Origin: Octopus bimaculoides
Lineage: Eukaryota
Direction of reading: 5' to 3'
Length of the DNA: 43,414 nt
NCBI RefSeq assembly: GCF_001194135.2
Contig: NC_068985.1
Span: forward strand, 23,892,277-23,935,690
Shown here: positions 35,841 to 43,414 of the stretch, piece after piece
Layout: the number at the start of each line of letters is the position of its first letter
Position numbering within the stretch: the first letter of the stretch is position 1
The notes under the pieces: model-generated
Databases searched by the model: none
Told to the model about the DNA's origin: nothing
Seen by the model: the letters and a program-made list of their open reading frames with translations, nothing else
Made by a program: the position numbers and the translations under genes

Positions 35841-37085
35841 CAGACTGCCTATGGTATTTGAGGACATACCATATTTGGGGTCATTGCTGCATTTTTTGCT
35901 AGCTCTGTATAATCTTTGTTTCAAAAAATAATAATGGCAGACTCTCAGCTTACTCAAGAAATGAAGAAGCATGCTGTTATTGTGGTTATAAAGGTTGAAC
36001 ATAGTGATTTAGAAATATCTCGATTTTTAAAAGTTGCCAGATCTTTTGTCTACAAAGTTTGTAAGGAGTTAGAGACTGAAGATGGAAATGTATCATCAGT
36101 ATCAAAGCATAAAAGGCATTCTAAACGCTCTGAACTCATCAGAACACCCGAATTTATCAAGCAAGTTAAGCAGGCCATTGATTATAATCCCATAAAGTTC
36201 ATAAGATCAACTACAAAAGATCTCCATGTATCAGAAGGAACAGTCAGAAATGTTGTCCACGAAGATATCAGATATAAGTCTTCTATGATGAGGAAAGGTC
36301 AATTTGTCGGAAAAAGCAAAAGAAAATCACTACATCAGATCCAAAAGGTTCTTAAACAAATGAAAATCCAGCAGAAGAAGATTTGATTTGGTTTTTCTCA
36401 AACGGGAAAAACTTCGACCAAGATCGAAAACTTAACAGAAGAAATAGCAGATGGTTATGTGCAGGCCCTTTTGAAGTTCCAAGTGTTATGCATGCAAAAT
36501 TTCCTGCAACTGTCATGGTTTTAGTGGTTGTCAACAATGAAGGACATGTGATGCCTCCTTACGTCCTTCCACAAGGCCTTAGAGTTGATTCTGCCGCCTA
36601 CATTGAGGTCCTGGAAATAATTGTTAAGCCCTGGATAGACAGTGTATGCAATGGAAAGTCATATATGTTTCAGGAAGACTCTCACTGACTCTAGTAACAC
36701 AGGAACGGATGGCTGAAAATTTTCATGATCACATAACCCCTAACATTTGGCCTCCTAATTCTCAAGATCTCAATCTATTGGACAATGGATTAAGAGAGAG
36801 ATCAATGAAAACGCCCAAAACACTAAAGATTCTTTGAAGGCTGCCATAGTCAGAGTCATGTCCAAAATGACAAAATGAACCAGAACCACTTGATTCGAGC
36901 ATGTACATGATTTAGATGTCGTATAGCAGTTGTTGAAACTGAAGGTGGCTTTATTGAATAACATTATAGATAAGAAGGCTTATTCTTATCATCATAGCAG
37001 TTTTTGATAAATAAGGTTATTATCTGTTATTATATATCAATTTTTTATAAACATAAATATGTCCTCAAACATCTTACGCACCCTG
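35841..37085 (+). mobile_element. Full-length (1245 bp) Tc1/mariner-superfamily transposon, maT/DD37D-like, inactive
   Basis: 28-bp TIRs: CAGACTGCCTATGGTATTTGAGGACATA (35841-35868) versus the reverse complement of 37058-37085, CAGGGTGCGTAAGATGTTTGAGGACATA (22/28). TA at 35839-35840 and 37086-37087. Confidence 0.95.
35934..36961 (+). pseudogene. Frameshifted maT-like transposase
   Basis: MADSQLTQEMKKHAVIV ... HTH-like region ... WFFSNGKNFDQD (first catalytic D in the usual SDEK motif reads N) ... KFPATVMVL ... MPPY ... YIEVL ... PWI ... FQEDS ... WPPNSQDLNLLD ... GGFIE*. Frameshifts or deletions near 36305, 36360, 36685 and 36780. Confidence 0.92.
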
Positions 37086-37114
37086 TATATAGATGTGTGT
37101 GTGTATACATTCGT

Positions 37115-37172
<58 letters not shown>

Positions 37173-37190
37173 ACACATATATATATATAT

Positions 37191-37340
37191 TGGTTTATTT
37201 ACGTCCCTATAACTTAGTGGTTCGACAAAAGTGAACAATAGGATAAATACCAAGTTTAAATTTGTTCAATAGAACTCTTCAAGGTGGTGCCCCAACATGT
37301 CCACGTCCCAATGACTGAAACAAGTCTAAATCTAAAATGA
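37191..37340 (+). mobile_element. 3' portion of a diverged SINE type B
   Basis: TTTACGTCCCTATAACTTAGTGGTTCGACAAAA ... AAGGTGGTGCCCCAACATG ... AATGACTGAAACAAGT. Confidence 0.8.
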
Positions 37341-37349
37341 TAATCTTCT

Positions 37350-37580
37350 GTCCCAAGACACGTAAACTCATAGGGCCGGTTTTGTGGTTTTTCTGGCGTA
37401 TATATTCCCCGGTAGACAGGATCCCTTTCCGTCGCAGGAATACTCATTTTTGCCTGCTAAGTGGACTGGCGCAAAGTGAAATGAAGTGTGTCGCTCAAGA
37501 ACACAACACTTCGCCTGGTTCAAGAATCGAAACCACAATCTTACAATTAGTACTTTAACCACTGGGCCTTACATCTCCAC
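37350..37580 (-). mobile_element. SINE type D, diverged
   Basis: Aligns to 14189-14436: CTCATAGGGCCGGTTTTG, GGCGTATATATTCCC, CCGTCGCAGGAATACTCAT, AATGAAGTG, GAATCGAAACCACAATCTTA, TAACCACT, CTCCAC. Confidence 0.88.
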
Positions 37581-37610
37581 TAAAACAACTAAAAAGGTAT
37601 AATATATGTA

Positions 37611-37656
<46 letters not shown>

Positions 37657-38565
37657 GAGACACATTTACATGTATATTGACACAAAGGAAGAGTGCGAAA
37701 AAAGGGAGAGAAAGAAAAAGAGAGAGTTGACAGAAGGAAGATATAAGAACGTTAGGTTAAATGCGAAACAGCGTCTATCAAATATGAACTAGAAATACGA
37801 AGCAGACGTGCAGCATATATTTTCTCGTCTGAAATTCTAGTTTAACATATATTTGTGACTTTGATCACATGTAAGGAAAAGAAATAAATTAATGGAATTA
37901 CGAACATGGTTGTACACCACACGCACACACACTCACAAGCACTCTCGCTATCTCACATGCTTAGCTACAGACACATTTCGCACACGCACATATACATGTA
38001 TGTGAGTATGCGTACGTGTTTAGCTGTATACGTGTAAAAGCATACAGTAGTTCCTCCGCTTTTACACTTAACATTCTGTAAACGTAACACCGAACAACGA
38101 TCGACACCAGATGTAATATAGTACAGGAGAAATGATAACAGGACGGAATTAGTAAGAAAATAACAACATACAATAGACAATACGGAAAACAGCATATCAA
38201 GCAGAAAGAAATCTTCATGTGATAAAAGACAAAAAAAAAAGATATCAAATGTTATATCGATTATATGACAAGTTTACAATAGATGTTTTCGTGTAACGTC
38301 CGTCTCTTGGTTGTGCTTGAGGTAGTTATCAAGAGACGAAAGTCAGTGTTACCTAACAATGTTTTTACCTTCGCTGATTTCATTGCGTCTATAGCATCGT
38401 TGTGGCATCACCATCACATCGCTTCTTGTATCACTGTTGTTTTGCTGTCGGCTTCCTTGTGACATTGCCATGACATCGCTATGGTATTACCATGTCATCG
38501 CTATGGCATAGTGCGTGTTTATTTATCTTTTGACCGTGGTGTACATGTACGCACACACACACACA

Positions 38566-38597
<32 letters not shown>

Positions 38598-38855
38598 TAC
38601 AAACATGCATAGCCAATAATACATGCTTAAATAGAAATATAAATATGTATGTTTACATAAACACACGTATATATTAAGAAAATACATTATATATATNNNN
38701 NNNNNNNNNNNNNNNNNNNNNNNNNNNNNNNNNNNNNNNNNNNNNNNNNNNNNNNNNNNNNNNNNNNNNNNNATATATATATATATATATACATATATAT
38801 TGTATGTGTATATATGTGTGTGTATATATGTCTATATATATATATTTTTTCTCGC

Positions 38856-39162
38856 TCTTTTAAAGCTTAGCCAGGCTCATGGGCCCGGATCCCGGTTTCT
38901 ATGGCGTATGTGTCCCCCCCCCCTCAACCAGCTGGACAGGACGCCAGTCCATCGCAGTTTTACTCAAGAAACAGGAAGAAAGAGTGAGAGAAAATTGGGG
39001 CGAAAGAGTACAACAGGGGTCGCCACCACCTCTCTGCCGGAACCTCGTGGAGCTTTAAACGTTTTCTCTCAATAAACACACACAACGCCTGATTCGGGAA
39101 TCGATACCGCAGTCCTTCGACCGCGAGTCCGCTGCCCTAACCACTGCGCCATTGTGCCTCCA
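38856..39162 (-). mobile_element. Chimeric SINE: type C head and 5' body joined to a type D-like 3' module
   Basis: 38966-39162 matches type C 7129-7325. 38875-38957 (GGCTCATGGGCCCGG ... ATGGCGTATG ... GGACAGGACGCCAGTCCATCGCAG) matches the 3' module of the type D copies. Confidence 0.88.
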
Positions 39163-39265
39163 TATATATTCATTCATACATACACATATAGTTACACATA
39201 CACACCTACATGCAATAAATATATGATGTATGTGTATATATAATGATTGATACTCATATAACATA

Positions 39266-39324
<59 letters not shown>

Positions 39325-39334
39325 NNNNNNNNNN

Positions 39335-39393
<59 letters not shown>

Positions 39394-40036
39394 CATATAT
39401 ATCTGTGTGTGTGTGGATATTATGTTGTAGTGTATTTTATTTTATTATGTGAATGGTTTAGAGATGTGTGTCCACGTCTGTGTGTATCATATTCTGTTAT
39501 GGACATACGTTTCGATATCAGTGTGGACCGAACATATACGTGTGTGTACTTATGTAACTCTGTAATCAAACATATTTCCATATGTTTTTGTCTCTGTCTG
39601 TGTATATATATGTACCTCTGAACGCATGAGCGCACTCTTTCTTTCATATCATAGGTGATTATCCCCTCTACAGCACTGTGACATCATGATCTTCCCGATT
39701 ATCGTTTCTGCGAATTGCATGGTGCAGTGCTTTTAGCCACTACATCACGCCTCATATATAGATTGCATCGTGATTTCATTTTTCGGACAACTGCTTATGA
39801 TGTGAGTCACATCTTTGGTGTTCATTCCTTAGTCAGTATCGGCTGTCACATCTTCGCGTTTTATCTAATCCCTATCTCTTTTCTGCTACAGGCGTTTTTT
39901 CTTTCTTTTGGTTTTTTTTTTTTTAATGTATGTTACTGGACTGCATATATGACAGCTGTAGGGCCAAAATAAACTACTAATCTAGTTTCTGTTGTACTGT
40001 TTACCTGAGATTTCCAAATAAGAAGCCGTTGAATGG

Positions 40037-40259
40037 CTCTCTTTTACTCTCTCTTACTTGTTTCAGTCTTTTGACTCTGGCCATGCTGGAGCACCGCCTT
40101 TAGTCGAGCAAATCGACCCCAAGACTTATTCTTTGGAAGCCTAGTACTTATTCTATCGGTCTCTTTTGCCGAACTGCTAACTTTCGGGGACGTAAACACA
40201 CAAGCATCGGTTGTCAAGCGATGTTGGGGGGACAAACACATACACACAAACACATATAC

Positions 40260-40290
<31 letters not shown>

Positions 40291-40449
40291 CGACGGGCTT
40301 CTTTCAGTTTCCGTCTACCAAATCCACTCACAAGGCGTTGGTCGGCCCGAGGGTATAAGACACTTGCCCAAGATGCCACGCAGTGGGACTGAACCCGGAA
40401 CCATGTAGTTGGTAAGCAATCTACTTACCACACAGCCACTCCTACGCCT
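40037..40449 (-). mobile_element. SINE type B, full length
   Basis: Complete head to tail, highly similar to 10821-11232. Confidence 0.95.
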
Positions 40450-40470
40450 ATTTACAAATAATAACTATTT

Positions 40471-40673
40471 CTTATTTTAACACAAGACCAGCAATTTGAA
40501 AAAAAGGAGCTAGTCGATTTTATTGATCCCAGCATTTAAGTACTTATTCCATCGATCTCGAAAAAACGAAAGGCAAAGTCGACTTCGGCAGAATTTGCGC
40601 GCAGAGCATAAAAATTGAAATGTTCGTTACGCATTTTCTCCGGCAAGCTAACGATTCTGCGAACTCACCGCCT
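40471..40673 (-). mobile_element. SINE type A, diverged
   Basis: CACAAGACCAGCAATTT ... AAAGGCAAAGTCGACTTCGGCAGAATTTG ... GCTAACGATTCTGCGAACTCACCGCC. Confidence 0.85.
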
Positions 40674-40779
40674 CACTGATGATAATTTAATTTTTGTGGT
40701 GAAGCTGTAAACTTGTGAGGTTGTGTATCTCACGTTATCAACTATGTAATAGGCAAATGTTGATGCTTAAAATTTAATG

Positions 40780-41300
40780 GACGCAGTCTAAAGAACATGA
40801 TGTGGCATTGAAAGTTTGTTAAATCGATGTTAAGACTCTAGCTCCTTAGTTTCAGTTTTAGGCAGGAATGGTTAGAATCACTAATGACCTGGAAATTTTC
40901 AGGAATAGTTGTATGTCTTTAATATCCGTGAACTCTGCTCTCATCAAATGACCCAAATGTTTGTATTAAATTGCTACAGCAAACACATTGTAGGTCATTC
41001 ATATATTGTATGCAGAGAGCTTCAAAAACTACATTTAAAAGACAAAAATCCAGATATGATATTCCCTGGTTAAGCGTTTTTCGTCCAGTTGCAATTGTTC
41101 TATCAATGGAATTGTCAGGCTTTTGATAGGGTTGATGTATGGCCAGATTGTCGTTTTCCTTTGTTTAACAGTTGGTAATATTTGTACATACTTTCAGGTC
41201 ATCAACGAACAAGTTATGCATCAAATTGGTGTTTCTGCTTTCTTGTGAAAAATCACTTGGCCTTCAGATGATTTTAATCAAAAGGATGAAAGATTCACTG
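40780..41300 (-). mobile_element. Highly decayed non-LTR RT fragment, R4/Dong-like
   Basis: Minus strand gives RNTNLMHNLFVDDLKV (HNLFVDDLKV at 41218-41189), matching the HxLFxDDLKL form of the YADD motif in R2/R4-group RTs. Weaker downstream traces (SYLD for YKYLG, ARVLTS for TRKILT) appear in the expected order. Confidence 0.6.
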
Positions 41301-41718
41301 TAAGTATAAATAAGTTACACAAACATATACTCTTGCGATCCGTTATTGTGTCAGAGACTATACAACTCCTTACTGCAAATAACATTAGTTTGACAGCCTA
41401 CAACTAAGCCAGGTCGTCCATGACTTTGGTTATTGTCTTTAGAAGGGGTTTCGAAGGAGCTTCTAGCATCCACGAATTGAATCCTTTTATATGTACGCAT
41501 GTATGTATGTATATCAGTTGAGAAACGTATGATTCTTCCAGGATAGGTGCTTAGAGACAGTGATGCATACACACATACATTAGTAATGTTTACATATGCA
41601 TACATATAGGACTGTTAATACGAGTAACTCAATAAGATTGCGTATGCATATGTATAACGGTATGCGTTATTTTAGTTCGATGTCTGAAAGAATCTATGCA
41701 ATAACGTATACAAAAATA

Positions 41719-41766
<48 letters not shown>

Positions 41767-43190
41767 TGTGCATAAACTGCTTTTGTATGAGCACATACGC
41801 GCAAGTGTTTATGCGTGTGTGCTCGTGCGTTTGTGTGTGATGTGTAAGCGCTTGTGTGTTCGTTGTTTTGTAAGCACTTTCAAAAGAATAGAAGTCAGAT
41901 ATCACCAACTTAATTCTTTTAAGTCAGATGACTGAGTCAAGTGTTATTAATAATGTCAGAAAACAAATAATGTTATAACGTATATATATATATTTTTTTT
42001 TTTGTGTAGGATTTGCAAATACGAAGAAGTGGATAAATAAGAACGAGGATCAGTGTATGCGCGCGAGCGTGTGTGAGCCTAAGGATATGTTTTTGTGTTT
42101 CTATGTGTGACGGCAAGATATTGTTATATAACATAATATATGAATATGTATTTGTAATTATAAGTGTATGTTTGAGTGTCTGTGTGAGCGTGTATATATA
42201 TATATATTTATATATATATATANNNNNNNNNNNNNNNNNNNNNNNNNNNNNNNNNNNNNNNNNNNNNNNNNNNNNNNNNNNNNNNNNNNNNNNNNNNNNN
42301 NNNNNNNNNNNNNNNNNNNNNNNNNNNNNNNNNNNNNNNNNNNNNNNNNNNNNNNNNNNNNNNNNNNNNNNNNNNNNNNNNNNNNNNNNNNNNNNNNNNN
42401 NNNNNNNNNNNNNNNNNNNNNNNNNNNNNNNNNNNNNNNNNNNNNNNNNNNNNNNNNNNNNNNNNNNNNNNNNNNNNNNNNNNNNNNNNNNNNNNNNNNN
42501 NNNNNNNNNNNNNNNNNNNNNNNNNNTATATATATATATATATATATATATGTTATTATTATGGATTGCCGTCTATATTTGTATTGTATATAGATGCATA
42601 CATGAAAACATACATACACACATACATACATATATACACAGGCACATTTATTCATACATTTTATACACACATTCGTACAAACAAACACAAAATATACGAG
42701 TGATTGTTAAGTACGTAACTTATGTTATCTTAAGCTTGTATATACATTCGAGTTTCGCAAAAATAAATAAATAGATAAATGAATAAAATGAAAGATTGTA
42801 AATATTTTATCTTGAAATATATAAACTTATCATTTCGTTTTATTTATTTATTTTTTGTTTTTATAAATACAGTAGCAAAATAGAATAATCTAGGAGAATA
42901 AAAGTCATCCAGCGTTGAAGATGTCACACAGATTTCAATGCTAAACATATTTAAGTGCAAAAAAATTTCAATAGAATTGTCTTTGGTCTTAGAATGATCC
43001 AGAAGTTTTCATTTTGATCCGTGGTAGAAATATTCTTGTTGACTTTTTTGTTTAGATTTTCCAGCTATTCAGGTTTAGCAACTGGTTACTCTTAGATATT
43101 TACAGTTATCGCATGAATCGAAGTGTGTATATACACAAATATAAACGCATGCACAGGCATCCTTCAAGTATACATACGCAGGTACATTTT

Positions 43191-43227
<37 letters not shown>

Positions 43228-43414
43228 AGGCGCAGGTCTGGCTGTGTGGTAAGTAGCTTGCTCACGATCCACATGGTTCTGGGTTCATTCCCACTGCGTG
43301 ACACCTTGGGCAAGTTTCTTCTACTATAGCCTCGGGCCGACCAAAGTCTTGTGAGTGGATTTGGTAGACGGAAACTGAAAGAAGCTCGACGTATATATAT
43401 ATATATATATATAT
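43228..43414 (+). mobile_element. SINE type B, 5' half (runs off the window)
   Basis: AGGCGCAGGTCTGGCTGTGTGGTAAGTAGCTTGCTC ... GGGTTCATTCCCACTGCG ... TTGTGAGTGGATTTGGTAGACGGAAACTGAAAGAAGC, then (TA)n; inserted next to (ATCT)n. Confidence 0.95.

Noticed and set aside
39660-39860. Cluster of AP-1/CRE-like motifs (TGACATCA, TGAGTCA, TTAGTCA)
   Set aside because: 7-8 bp matches are expected by chance in a window of this size; no independent support.
41198-41299. 102-nt exon-like segment whose phase-0 frame has one internal TGA (possible selenocysteine or edited stop)
   Set aside because: That frame is the in-register antisense of the RT motif HNLFVDDLK, which explains its protein-like look. No selenoprotein similarity is recognisable; kept only as a possible exonisation.

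Overview
Eukaryotic, AT-rich, repeat-dominated genomic DNA with about 5 kb of assembly gaps, nearly all bordered by (AT)n, (CA)n or (GA)n microsatellites. The SINE families and microsatellite density look like an octopus (coleoid cephalopod) short-read assembly; this is recognition from memory, not a database result. No host protein-coding gene, tRNA, rRNA or CRISPR array can be supported, and almost all listed ORFs are microsatellite read-throughs. Supported content: about 30 copies or fragments of four tRNA-derived SINE types (working labels A-D), several with clean 12-16 bp target-site duplications (TSDs); a complete but dead 1.25 kb maT/DD37D-type Tc1/mariner element with TIRs and TA TSD; a decayed Penelope-like element (RT plus GIY-YIG); a CR1-group LINE with its RT core deleted; a decayed R4/Dong-like RT; a Tc1-like IR/DR end split by a SINE; and a perfect 68 bp foldback at a gap edge. 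The most interesting signal is a modular SINE system: TSD-flanked SINE dimers, a three-copy array sharing a junction motif, and a head/tail-swapped chimera. No new protein-based system is evident.
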